The notes under the pieces are model-generated. The model made no database searches and was not told the DNA's origin. It saw only the letters and a list, made by a program, of their open reading frames with translations. Shown piece after piece: positions 8,868 to 18,368 of a stretch of 64,000 nt of DNA; positions within the stretch are counted from its first letter, which is position 1, and the number at the start of each line of letters is the position of its first letter. Made by a program: the position numbers and the translations under genes. The stretch is from Patescibacteria group bacterium (GTDB lineage Bacteria; Patescibacteriota; Microgenomatia; Levybacterales; UBA12049), in contig BPJB01000001.1 in assembly GCA_026004395.1 (NCBI GenBank), positions 82,630 to 146,629 of the forward strand. Direction: 5' to 3'.

Positions 8868-10724
8868 TTAATCAAAAATACTCTCATGAGTCATCTTCTT
8901 TTTTGCATAAGCATCAGATAGTGGTTGATTTTCTATAACATGATGAGGAAGATCGGCAACAAATCGGGAAACTGTATTCATAGATCTTTGTCCAAAAAAA
9001 AGTCTTCGTCTTGCATGAGTAAGGTAGAGTTTTTGTTTTGCTCTTGTCATTCCCACATAGCAGAGTCTTCGTTCTTCTTCTAACTCTTCTTTATTCAAAA
9101 GGGCTCTACTGTGGGGGAAAAGTCCCTCTTCCATTCCAATCATAAAGACAATAGAATATTCAAGTCCTTTAGCTGCATGGAGCGTCATCAGAGTCACAGC
9201 ATTTTTTAATGTTTTTTCTTTTGGTCCTAATGTATATTCTTGTTCAACCAACGCGATATTTTCTAGGAAATCAATAAGATTGGGAAAAGAAAGCGCAACA
9301 GATCTGAGTTCTTTTATATTTTCAAGTCGATATCTATCCTCTTCATCCTTTTCATCATAAAGAGAAAGATAATCTGTAGCGGAAAGAACGCCATCAAGAA
9401 GCTGTATGGTTGGTATATCATTGATGCTTGCTAACTGTTGTTTATAATGCATAAGTTTTTGCAAACGAGTCTTTCCGATCTTTTCCGCACGTTTAAGAGC
9501 TATTGATTCTTGAGAATTTGCTAACAAGCGCAAATATGAAAGGACGTCTTTGATTTCACGTCTTTCATAAAAACGCGTTCCTCCTACCAGAATATAGGGA
9601 ATGCCATGGTGCAGAAATGCTTCTTCAACAACACGCGATTGGGCATTTGTTCTATAGAGTACAGCAACATCACTTAATTTGCTGAGTCCATGATTCAAAA
9701 TTGTTCTGATAATAAAATCAGCTTCATCTTGTTCATTTTCTGCTTCATAGATTTCAATTGCTTCTCCGTCTGGATTCTGAGTCCATAATGAAAGAATCGG
9801 GTGAGATGTGTTTTTGGCAATAACTGCTGTCGCACCGTCAAGAATTTTCTGCGTGGATCTATAATTTTGAGACAGTGAAAAGGTTTTTACATCTGGATAA
9901 TCGTTTTTAATTTTTAAGAGGTTTCTATAATCTGCTCCTCTCCAGCTATAAATACTTTGTGCAAAATCTCCAACAACACAAAGATTTCTCCATTTTTCAG
10001 CAAGAAATTTAGTTAAGATATACTGAGATCTGTTAGTGTCTTGATATTCATCAATAAGTATGTAGCGAAATTGATTTTGATATTTTGCAAGAACGTCGGG
10101 ATTCTCTCGAAAGAGTTTAATGGTTTGCAGTATAAGATCATCAAAATCAAGTGCATCATTTTCTTTAAGAATTTTTTGATATAGAGGATAGATTTTAGCT
10201 ACTGTGTTTTGAAATAATCCTCGTGCAAATGTTACATACTCATCTTCATAGATCAATTCATTTTTAGCTTGAGATATCGTTGCTAAAACTGAATAAGGTT
10301 TGAAGTCTTTTGTTGAGATATAAAGTTTATTCATTGCTTCTTTGATCGCTTCAAGTTGATCTGAGTCATCATAGATAATAAAATGAGAAGAAATCCCAAC
10401 TCTATATCCATCAATTCTAAGAATTCGAGCACACAACGAATGAAATGTGGAAATAAAAGGATATGATGAGAATGAGTAGTCAGCAAGATTGGAGAGAAAA
10501 TTTTGAATTCTTTCTTTCATTTCTCCTGCAGCTTTATTTGTAAATGTTACCATGAGAATTGATGCGGGATCGACTTTTTTTTCCAACATAAGATACATAA
10601 CTTTATATGTAAGTACTCTTGTTTTTCCTGATCCTGCACCTGCAAGGACGATCATTGGACCTTCTGTATTCAGGACAGCTTTTTGCTGTTCTGAATTGAG
10701 ACCATTGAGTAGAGTTTTTTCCAT
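8868..10724 (-). CDS. uvrD: ATP-dependent DNA helicase UvrD/PcrA
   Basis: Superfamily 1A helicase motifs: AGAGSGKT Walker A, VDEYQDTN motif II, YRSTQ, and the C-terminal VGMTRAK motif VI. Confidence 0.9.
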   Translation of the reverse strand: MEKTLLNGLNSEQQKAVLNTEGPMIVLAGAGSGKTRVLTYKVMYLMLEKKVDPASILMVTFTNKAAGEMKERIQNFLSNLADYSFSSYPFISTFHSLCARILRIDGYRVGISSHFIIYDDSDQLEAIKEAMNKLYISTKDFKPYSVLATISQAKNELIYEDEYVTFARGLFQNTVAKIYPLYQKILKENDALDFDDLILQTIKLFRENPDVLAKYQNQFRYILIDEYQDTNRSQYILTKFLAEKWRNLCVVGDFAQSIYSWRGADYRNLLKIKNDYPDVKTFSLSQNYRSTQKILDGATAVIAKNTSHPILSLWTQNPDGEAIEIYEAENEQDEADFIIRTILNHGLSKLSDVAVLYRTNAQSRVVEEAFLHHGIPYILVGGTRFYERREIKDVLSYLRLLANSQESIALKRAEKIGKTRLQKLMHYKQQLASINDIPTIQLLDGVLSATDYLSLYDEKDEEDRYRLENIKELRSVALSFPNLIDFLENIALVEQEYTLGPKEKTLKNAVTLMTLHAAKGLEYSIVFMIGMEEGLFPHSRALLNKEELEEERRLCYVGMTRAKQKLYLTHARRRLFFGQRSMNTVSRFVADLPHHVIENQPLSDAYAKKKMTHESIFD

Positions 10725-10769
10725 AAGCTATAATTAAAGAGATAATTTACGTAATGTCCATTGTAGCAT

Positions 10770-11450
10770 ATGAAACATCTCTATATCGTAGCGAATTGGA
10801 AAGCAAATAAGACATCCAGCGAAGCACATGCATGGCTTATACAGTTTTTAAACCAAGATTTAATTTCTTATCTTCATCAAAATACTCAACTTAAAAAAAC
10901 TATTATTATCTGTCCTCCTTTTACTTTACTTTCAGAGCTGGCGATTCTCATCGCACAATATGATCTGCCATTATCGCTTGGTGCGCAGAATGTTTCTCAT
11001 TTTTCCGAAGGTCCGCATACAGGAGAAGAATCAGCTGTTCAGCTTGCTGAATTTGCTAAGTATGTGATCATTGGCCATTCAGAACGCAGAGAGGAATTTT
11101 TAGAGACAGATGAGTTACTTCGGAAAAAAGTTGATGAATCGAAACGACATATGCTTATACCGATTTACTGTGTGCGAAGTGAAAAAGATTCTATTCCAGA
11201 CGGAGTTACAATTGTAGCTTATGAGCCTCCAAATGCGATTGGTTCAGGTAAAGCTGAATTACCTTCTGTTGCCAATAGTGTTGCTGCGAAGATAAAGAAG
11301 ATTAATAAAATTCCCTCAGTACTCTATGGCGGAAGCGTTACTCCTGATAATGTTCATGCATTTACATCTCAAAGTATGATTGATGGTGTTCTTGTGGGTA
11401 CAGCAAGTTTAGATCCGATTATGTTTTCACAGATAGTTGTCAACGCGTAA
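10770..11450 (+). CDS. tpiA: triosephosphate isomerase
   Basis: IVANWKAN, IIGHSERR, YEPPNAIGSGKA and GGSV motifs. Confidence 0.85.
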   Translation: MKHLYIVANWKANKTSSEAHAWLIQFLNQDLISYLHQNTQLKKTIIICPPFTLLSELAILIAQYDLPLSLGAQNVSHFSEGPHTGEESAVQLAEFAKYVIIGHSERREEFLETDELLRKKVDESKRHMLIPIYCVRSEKDSIPDGVTIVAYEPPNAIGSGKAELPSVANSVAAKIKKINKIPSVLYGGSVTPDNVHAFTSQSMIDGVLVGTASLDPIMFSQIVVNA

Positions 11451-11470
11451 TTCCTGTTATAATTTTTCTT

Positions 11471-12610
11471 ATGCCCCAAAACAAAAAACAACTTCAAAAA
11501 CGATTCTTCACTGTAGTATTTTTTTTGTTGCTAACTATTGGTGCTTTTATATTTTATAAAGTTATTTTCTATGCACCAGTTGCTTATGAGTTGATATTTA
11601 AAAAAGATATTGAACTTAAACAGGATGCAAAAAAGAATATTAATATGCTCCTACTTGGTATAGGAGGAGGACAGCATGATGGACCACTTTTAACAGATAC
11701 AATTATTTTTATGAGTATCAATCCTGAAGAAAATAGAGTAACTATGGTGACTATTCCCAGGGATTTGTGGGTGCCAGAGTTACAGGCAAAGATAAATACC
11801 GCGTACGCTTATGCCGAGCAGAAAAAACCAGGTGGAGGTCTCATTTTAACAAAAAGAATCGTTGGAAAAATTTTGAATCAAGATATCGATTATGGTTTTC
11901 GCATTGATTTTAATGGATTTATTAGAGCGATAGATATGGTGGGTGGGATTGATATTGATGTGGAACGAACATTTGATGATTATGAATATCCCATAAGTGG
12001 AAAGGAGACAGATACTTGTGGATATGAAGGAGAAGAATTTGAAAAGAGAGCAACAGCAGAAGCTCAGCTTGAGGCGTTTCCTTGCCGCTACGAACATTTA
12101 CATTTTGAGAAAGGATATCAGCATATGGATGGAGAAACTGCACTTAAGTACGTTCGTTCAAGACATGCCAAAGGACCAGAAGGGACAGATTTTGCTCGTT
12201 CAAAAAGACAGGAAAAAGTGATTAACGCTTTTAAAGAGAAAATCTTTTCTGCAGAAACATTTCTTAATCCTATAAAACTTGTTAGCTTATACGATATTTT
12301 CAAAGACAGTATAGATACAGATATCAAACAAGAAGAGTATGCTGATTTTGTAAAATTAGCAGAGAAAATGAAAGACGCTAAAATTGAGAGTTTCGTACTG
12401 GACGTTGGAGATGATGCACAAGGCAGATCAGGACTTTTAATAAATCCCACACCTAGTGCAGAGTATAAATTCCAATGGGTGATTATTCCACGTTTGGGTA
12501 ATGGCAATTATCGTGAGATTCAAGAATATGTTTTATGCCTAGTTGAGAAGCAAAACTGTAAAATTTCTCCAACAGTGAATCCACAAGTTTCACAGAAAAA
12601 TAGTTTTTAA
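11471..12610 (+). CDS. LytR-CpsA-Psr (LCP) family cell-envelope phosphotransferase
   Basis: N-terminal TM anchor, then LLLGIGGG..DTIIFMSINP..TIPRDLWV, which is characteristic of the LCP domain. Confidence 0.8.
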   Translation: MPQNKKQLQKRFFTVVFFLLLTIGAFIFYKVIFYAPVAYELIFKKDIELKQDAKKNINMLLLGIGGGQHDGPLLTDTIIFMSINPEENRVTMVTIPRDLWVPELQAKINTAYAYAEQKKPGGGLILTKRIVGKILNQDIDYGFRIDFNGFIRAIDMVGGIDIDVERTFDDYEYPISGKETDTCGYEGEEFEKRATAEAQLEAFPCRYEHLHFEKGYQHMDGETALKYVRSRHAKGPEGTDFARSKRQEKVINAFKEKIFSAETFLNPIKLVSLYDIFKDSIDTDIKQEEYADFVKLAEKMKDAKIESFVLDVGDDAQGRSGLLINPTPSAEYKFQWVIIPRLGNGNYREIQEYVLCLVEKQNCKISPTVNPQVSQKNSF

Positions 12611-12617
12611 AGGTATT

Positions 12618-14996
12618 TTAGAATGCAGATGCTAATTTATAGATAACTGTTTCTCCACTTTGAAATACTTTTTTTCCTATTTGTTGAAATTTTTCTTTTT
12701 TTAATTGGGGGTATTTTTCTCTTTCAAGAGAGCCTAAAAAAACATATTCGACGTTATACCTTTTTAAAAGAGATTTTGTCTCTTCCAAATCATTTGATTC
12801 ATATAGTCTTCTGATATCCTCTATTCGAGGAGCAGGAATATTGTAAGTTCCTCTCCACAGCCATTCATGGACAGTCCATCCAAGAATAGTTGGCAGTCCC
12901 GTATTTGTTGATACCCGAGCATAATCTGTGTAGGAGTCTCCTTGAGCTTCAAGAATGACTGGTTGTCCATGTATATTCTTTTGTAGCCATTGAATTGCTG
13001 CAAAGTCGTGTGGATACTTTTCTTTTAGGTAATAAGTTCCGTCAAGTCCCTGATAATCAGAAGAAGTAGTTCTTGCTGTAAATGCCAGTACGTTTTGATA
13101 ATAGGAATTAATTGCAAGGTAAGGATAAATGAAGACTATAGTCAGTAATATAAAACAACTGATGAAAAAGAGAGAATAAATTAAGAGCCCTTTGAGAGTT
13201 TGGGTATTTTTTAGCTTCTGAGCAATACGAGGTATAATGTAGCCACTAGCGAGTGAGAGCATAATAAAGGATTGAAAAACAAGTTTAAACATTGTATTGG
13301 CTCGATAATGTGCAGGGTAAATATCTTTTGCATAGATTAACTCTGGAAGAAATATAAGAAAGAGAGAAAGTGTGATTAGACAAAGAATAAATTTGTCAGA
13401 CACAAGAAGTGTTTTACTTTTGCGAATAAAAAAAAGAAAAATTATTATGAAAAAGAAGAAGAATCCATAAAGAATGAGAATTTGCCACAATGGTGATCTA
13501 TCGCAATGATTTGGTTCAAAAAGAAAAGGACCAATGTTGCCGATTTGTGTGAGAAATTGAGGAGCACAGATTATACCAATACCAGAAATAAATGGTTTGA
13601 AAAAGAGTGAAAAAGGCAGAGAAAACACAAGAAATCCTCCTAGAAGAACAACTATCGGAATAATACTTTCCCCACCAACAAGAAAAACTTTGCGGATAAA
13701 ATGCTGTTTATAATGAGTTTTATTCCACTGAAGATACGTCAGTAAAAATACAGAGAGAAGGAAGTAAATGAATCCATCCCATGCATTGGTCATATATAAG
13801 ATAGCAAGCAGAAAACTAAGAAACAAAAGTGAAGCAAGATTTAGAGGAATTTTATCTGTTATTGTTTTAGATAAAAGAGAGAAATTTTTTATCTTGTATC
13901 TTTTAAATTTTGGCGCAGCATCCTTGCTAGATTGTGCAGATAAAAAGAGTGAAAGTAAGTATGCAATACTTAAGAGTACAAATGGAACATCAAGTACGTG
14001 TCCGTGAAGATCTGCCACAACCCAGGAATATATAGGAAATTCATGAATAGTATTTTTAATAAAACGCGTTGCATTAGGATACCAATATGAGTTGGGAAAA
14101 GAAAAAAATTTTTGTTGTTCGTAAGCATCACATTTGATTATCTTTGAAGTGCCTTTTTCAGTATGTTGTGTATAGAACTTTTTTTTATAACAAGGATTTA
14201 AAAGTGCAAATTCTAAATTCCAGAAAGGAACAGGTTTTTCATTTTCATAAGGTTTGAAAAAACTATAAATAGTATGCAGATTTCCGGAAAATGTAACAAG
14301 AAGAGCACTAAGAATTCCTGCAGCTAGAATATTGAACAATCTTCTTTTTTTATCTTGAATAAAAGAAGAGAGTGTTATGCCTATTGAGAAGCAAGCGGTG
14401 AATGTGAGAGCAACTAGTGAAGCCAACATGAGATTATAAGTATAATTGGCTGGTATTAGGGATATTTTTGTGAGTATGGCTGTTGTTAGATGTCCAAAAT
14501 AATAATAGTTAATGGTAAAGGGAGTAAGCCAGATATCTTTTGGAGGAAGGTACTCACTTCTTAGTAGAGAATTGATGAATCCATAATCCATAAATTTTTC
14601 CAATCCATATATTTCAGGTGCAAATCCTCTAATGTATGACCAAAATACAAGTATGCAAAAAAATAATATTTCCTCAAATACAAAGATTTTCCAATATTTT
14701 TTTATTATTTTCGTGAATGAAAAGCTATGAAATTTTTTAACTAATATTATTCCTTGTGTGAGTAGAATAAGAGAGAAGATTATGATAATTGAAAGAATAG
14801 AAAATCTTAAGATATGAAGACTGCTCAAAAGTAATACTAAATAAGAAATAAGGATGATACTTAAAATCTTTGAGAAAGCATAACCTCGATCAATGAAACG
14901 TGCAAAAATAAAGGTAGTGAGAGGCAGTGAACCCATCCCTAGAATAAAGAGTAAAAACCACCATTGAATAACGCGCAAAAAATCAGCGAGTAACAT
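12618..14996 (-). CDS. large integral membrane protein with YYYFGH motif (Chlor_Arch_YYY/DUF2298-like), possible GT-C-related
   Basis: 792 aa with more than 15 TM helices, a YYYxG motif (INYYYFGHL) and a ~130 aa soluble C-terminus. Overlaps the upstream HAD gene by 14 nt. Confidence 0.5.
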   Translation of the reverse strand: MLLADFLRVIQWWFLLFILGMGSLPLTTFIFARFIDRGYAFSKILSIILISYLVLLLSSLHILRFSILSIIIIFSLILLTQGIILVKKFHSFSFTKIIKKYWKIFVFEEILFFCILVFWSYIRGFAPEIYGLEKFMDYGFINSLLRSEYLPPKDIWLTPFTINYYYFGHLTTAILTKISLIPANYTYNLMLASLVALTFTACFSIGITLSSFIQDKKRRLFNILAAGILSALLVTFSGNLHTIYSFFKPYENEKPVPFWNLEFALLNPCYKKKFYTQHTEKGTSKIIKCDAYEQQKFFSFPNSYWYPNATRFIKNTIHEFPIYSWVVADLHGHVLDVPFVLLSIAYLLSLFLSAQSSKDAAPKFKRYKIKNFSLLSKTITDKIPLNLASLLFLSFLLAILYMTNAWDGFIYFLLSVFLLTYLQWNKTHYKQHFIRKVFLVGGESIIPIVVLLGGFLVFSLPFSLFFKPFISGIGIICAPQFLTQIGNIGPFLFEPNHCDRSPLWQILILYGFFFFFIIIFLFFIRKSKTLLVSDKFILCLITLSLFLIFLPELIYAKDIYPAHYRANTMFKLVFQSFIMLSLASGYIIPRIAQKLKNTQTLKGLLIYSLFFISCFILLTIVFIYPYLAINSYYQNVLAFTARTTSSDYQGLDGTYYLKEKYPHDFAAIQWLQKNIHGQPVILEAQGDSYTDYARVSTNTGLPTILGWTVHEWLWRGTYNIPAPRIEDIRRLYESNDLEETKSLLKRYNVEYVFLGSLEREKYPQLKKEKFQQIGKKVFQSGETVIYKLASAF

Positions 14997-15549
14997 AGGG
15001 AGTATATTTTACTATTTCTGCAAGTTGAGTGATAGGAATAATATTGTAAAGAGAATGTTTATCTTTATTGTCGGTATCGGACGTTAGCCAAAAAAACTGG
15101 GTTTTTTTATGGTAGGGTGCTATATATCGCAATAAATGCAGATCGTCATCAATATAAATATCAAGATGTAATTTTTTTAATATCTCATTTTTAAAAATAT
15201 GGGGTTGTTTGTCTTCAAAATTAAAATACATGTCATCAAATAATGTGTCTAGTTTGTATTTTTCTAAAATAGATTTGGTTCTTTTTTCTAAAAAACTAAA
15301 TCGGCTAGAAATAAGAAAAAGTTGATTATTAGCACGCGGAATTTTTTTCACGACATCAATATTTTCTTTGATAATGGGACGAAAAATAGAAAGATGAAAA
15401 AAACTTCTGAGATATTGTTCAGGAAGAGTGGGGATTCTATAAATAAGTTCACCATTTGATTTTTTTTTATAAATTCTATCAATAAGTTGATCAGGTATAA
15501 ATGGAGGATAGTCAACAAAAATTTTATCAAGATCAAAACCAATTCTCAT
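14983..15549 (-). CDS. HAD-superfamily phosphatase-like protein
   Basis: IGFDLDKI (HAD motif I, DxD), LISSR (motif II Ser/Thr) and IYIDDD (motif IV). Confidence 0.45.
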   Translation of the reverse strand: MRIGFDLDKIFVDYPPFIPDQLIDRIYKKKSNGELIYRIPTLPEQYLRSFFHLSIFRPIIKENIDVVKKIPRANNQLFLISSRFSFLEKRTKSILEKYKLDTLFDDMYFNFEDKQPHIFKNEILKKLHLDIYIDDDLHLLRYIAPYHKKTQFFWLTSDTDNKDKHSLYNIIPITQLAEIVKYTPYVTR

Positions 15550-15551
15550 AT

Positions 15552-16589
15552 TTAAAGTTTAGTTAATAAATTGATTAATTTAAAGTTCCACCCTACTCTA
15601 TGAGTAGTTCCGGTTTTATGAAGTAGATTGTTCCTATGTTTTTTGTACCATAAATAACTTTCAAGCAAAAGGTCTTGGTTTGATTTTTTCGGATGCCACT
15701 GCAAAAGTTTTTCTGCTTTTTCTATAGAAACATAAGATGGAACAGGAAGTGTTTTATAGTGCCATTCTGAGAGAGGTGAAAGATTAAGTGTTTCAAGAAT
15801 TTTAAGTATCATCTGGGATGGTCTAATAGGAAGTCCTGTTATCTTTGATGATGATTTATCATAACGGATAAGGTATTGAAGATCTTTTCTCCATGTCTGA
15901 AACACTTTTGCTCCTAAGTTAAAGATCTCATTTTCTACGCTACTGGTTGCAGCTTTATATACAGCATCAACAACATCTGATACAGCCAGTAGTTGGTATT
16001 TATTTTTACCATTGCCAAGTAAAAAAACACGACGGCCAGAGTAAATTGCTTCAAACCAGAGAGTAAAAACACCCAAACGTTCAGGCCCAAGAAATGTCTT
16101 TGGACGAAGAATATTAATTGAGAGTCCTTTCCGCATGTAATCTTGACAGAGTCTTTCTGCCAAAACTTTTGATTGTCCGTAGTATCCAATTGGATTAAGG
16201 GGACTTTCTTCTTTTTCCGGAAGATTTTGTGGTACTCCATAAACTGCCGTTGAGGAGATATAAACAAATCTTTTTATCGAATGTGTAAGGGCAGCATCAA
16301 GGACAACCTTCGTTCCATCAACATTGATACTGAAAATTTTTCTTTTTTTACGTAGAATCGGGAGTGCCGCTGCTGCATGCACTACATGAGTACAACCCTT
16401 CATAGCCTGCAATACACTTTTTTTGTTCCTAACATCTCCTTTGATTACACTGACTTTTGAATGAAGATCTTTTGCCTCAAGAGGAGCAAGATCAAAAAGG
16501 ACCACGTCAAAGCCCTCATGAGAAAATTTTCTTGCCAAATGGATTCCTAGAAAACCTGTACCTCCAGTGATTAGAACTTTTTGTTTCAT
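15552..16589 (-). CDS. NAD-dependent epimerase/dehydratase (SDR family, nucleotide-sugar modifying)
   Basis: ITGGTGFLG Rossmann motif and a YxxxK region (YGQSK). Confidence 0.85.
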   Translation of the reverse strand: MKQKVLITGGTGFLGIHLARKFSHEGFDVVLFDLAPLEAKDLHSKVSVIKGDVRNKKSVLQAMKGCTHVVHAAAALPILRKKRKIFSINVDGTKVVLDAALTHSIKRFVYISSTAVYGVPQNLPEKEESPLNPIGYYGQSKVLAERLCQDYMRKGLSINILRPKTFLGPERLGVFTLWFEAIYSGRRVFLLGNGKNKYQLLAVSDVVDAVYKAATSSVENEIFNLGAKVFQTWRKDLQYLIRYDKSSSKITGLPIRPSQMILKILETLNLSPLSEWHYKTLPVPSYVSIEKAEKLLQWHPKKSNQDLLLESYLWYKKHRNNLLHKTGTTHRVGWNFKLINLLTKL

Positions 16590-16594
16590 AGAAC

Positions 16595-16627
16595 ATCATT
16601 GTACAATGATTTGTCTTGAAAAGACAA
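16595..16627. promoter_or_regulatory. perfect 16-bp palindrome ATCATTGTACAATGAT plus adjacent 7-bp stem hairpin, 5 nt upstream of the epimerase start
   Basis: Read directly: atcattgtacaatgat at 16595-16610 and ttgtctt-gaa-aagacaa at 16611-16627, inside the 86-nt gap between the GT-C gene and the epimerase gene. Confidence 0.4.
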
Positions 16628-16675
16628 TAAAAATATTTTTAAGAATTCTAAAATAGGAGAATCTATTTTTCGATT

Positions 16676-18367
16676 TTAAACATTTTTGCTGTTTTTATTG
16701 TCATTTAGAAAAATAAAATATGTTGTACGTAATTTTTCTTTAATTATTTTTTCTGGGTAATAATTCACATTTTTAAAAATAAGTACCTTGGGATGGTCAT
16801 ATACTTGAAATGTTTCTTCTGTCAGATCATCGTTGATAACAATTCCCAAAATTTGAGGATAAGAGGAAAACTCAGCAATTTTTTGGTATCCTAATTCACC
16901 GCTAAAAAGAAGCTGATAGTAGCGTTGTGTAATTGGATATTTCTTGGGAAGATGAAGTAACGTTCCATAAAGTCTGCGTGTTGTTATAAAAATATAGTCA
17001 GCTTGTGAGAGTTCTCTCGCATAATATTCTATTTTAGAAGCATTATCAGGTTCATAGATAGTAAGTTGCCTAATCTGATATTGATCTGGTAGTTTATTAC
17101 CTAAGGGAATAGGCAATCCATCATCCCAATGTTCGGTTAAGATTTTGGATCCAGGTGATATATGTTCATAAATCCATTTTGATGCGCTGATACGTGTTTG
17201 TTCTCTTACATAAATTGAAGAAAAAGCAACCGCCCAAATTATATTTATTGTCAGAAAAAAAACAAAAATAATTATCCCCAGTATCTTAAACTTTTGCTGT
17301 ATCCATGCAAGAGAGACAGACGCAGCAATCAGCAAAAAGGGAATAATTGGTACCATATAGCGTATGAACTTAGCGTACCATGCTCCCACATATGCAAAGT
17401 ATAAAAGAGGAAAAATAAATAAAATACAAAAGAGAATATTTGGTTTTTTGAAAAATTGATAGACAAGATAGATGATCCCCAAAATACTCATCACAAAGAC
17501 TGGACCTATTTGCCAAAAGAGATTTTTTAGTTGAAAAAGATATGGTTTTGTATCACTAAATTGTAAGGTATAAACAACGCGATTTGTTCCCAGAACTACA
17601 CTATTCTCAAATTCCATTGATTCTCTAAATTTATTCCATTTCAAAAAAGTATAGGGTGAGGAAAGTGTAAAAATAAAAACTGCAATACTTAAAATCATAA
17701 TTAAAAATAAGAAAGCTTTCTTAATGGAAAGTTTTTTTTCTTTGAGTAAGATGCCTAGTGTTATTAGAGGAACAATAGCGAAAGAGATTCCTGTTGTCTT
17801 AGTCGCTGCGGATATTCCAAGCAATATACCCATCCACAAAACAAGAGAAATTTTATGTTTTTTATAAAAATTAAGAGCAAGAAGAATCAGTGTAACAATA
17901 GATAAGGTAAGAAAATTCTCCGTGATCGAGAAGTGAGCTGTCTGTATTGATGAGACAGTGAATGTGTAGAGGATAGATGTTATTAATGCTACTTTCTCTT
18001 GAAATACAATTCTTGTGACAAGATACAAAGGTATCAGAGTAAGAGTTGAGAAAAAAGCAGAGAAATGTCTTCCTAACAAATTAATAAATGCCCAGTCAGA
18101 GGAAAGCAATGGATTGGAAAAGATAAAGGAAAATATGTCAGCAGTAATTTTATAAAGATAAATCAGAAATCCTCCATAAGCATAAAATTGAGGATCAAGT
18201 TGTGAGAAAAGTTTGATATGGGAAACTGCATTGGCTATATTGCGCTCATCTGGATGAAAGAAATGTCCCTGATCCCAGTTGAGGTTATTAAATCGCAGGA
18301 AGAACGCACTCAGCATCATTATAAAAAACAGGAATTTTGATCTTGTCCTCAGAGAGTTATTTTGCAT
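16676..18367 (-). CDS. GT-C-fold membrane glycosyltransferase-like protein (PMT/ArnT-related, TIGR03663-like), paralog A
   Basis: N-terminal loop motif FFHPDERNIA with the DE dipeptide of PMT/ArnT-type GT-C enzymes. About 11 TM helices and a ~170 aa C-terminal soluble domain. Confidence 0.55.
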   Translation of the reverse strand: MQNNSLRTRSKFLFFIMMLSAFFLRFNNLNWDQGHFFHPDERNIANAVSHIKLFSQLDPQFYAYGGFLIYLYKITADIFSFIFSNPLLSSDWAFINLLGRHFSAFFSTLTLIPLYLVTRIVFQEKVALITSILYTFTVSSIQTAHFSITENFLTLSIVTLILLALNFYKKHKISLVLWMGILLGISAATKTTGISFAIVPLITLGILLKEKKLSIKKAFLFLIMILSIAVFIFTLSSPYTFLKWNKFRESMEFENSVVLGTNRVVYTLQFSDTKPYLFQLKNLFWQIGPVFVMSILGIIYLVYQFFKKPNILFCILFIFPLLYFAYVGAWYAKFIRYMVPIIPFLLIAASVSLAWIQQKFKILGIIIFVFFLTINIIWAVAFSSIYVREQTRISASKWIYEHISPGSKILTEHWDDGLPIPLGNKLPDQYQIRQLTIYEPDNASKIEYYARELSQADYIFITTRRLYGTLLHLPKKYPITQRYYQLLFSGELGYQKIAEFSSYPQILGIVINDDLTEETFQVYDHPKVLIFKNVNYYPEKIIKEKLRTTYFIFLNDNKNSKNV

Positions 18368-18368
18368 A

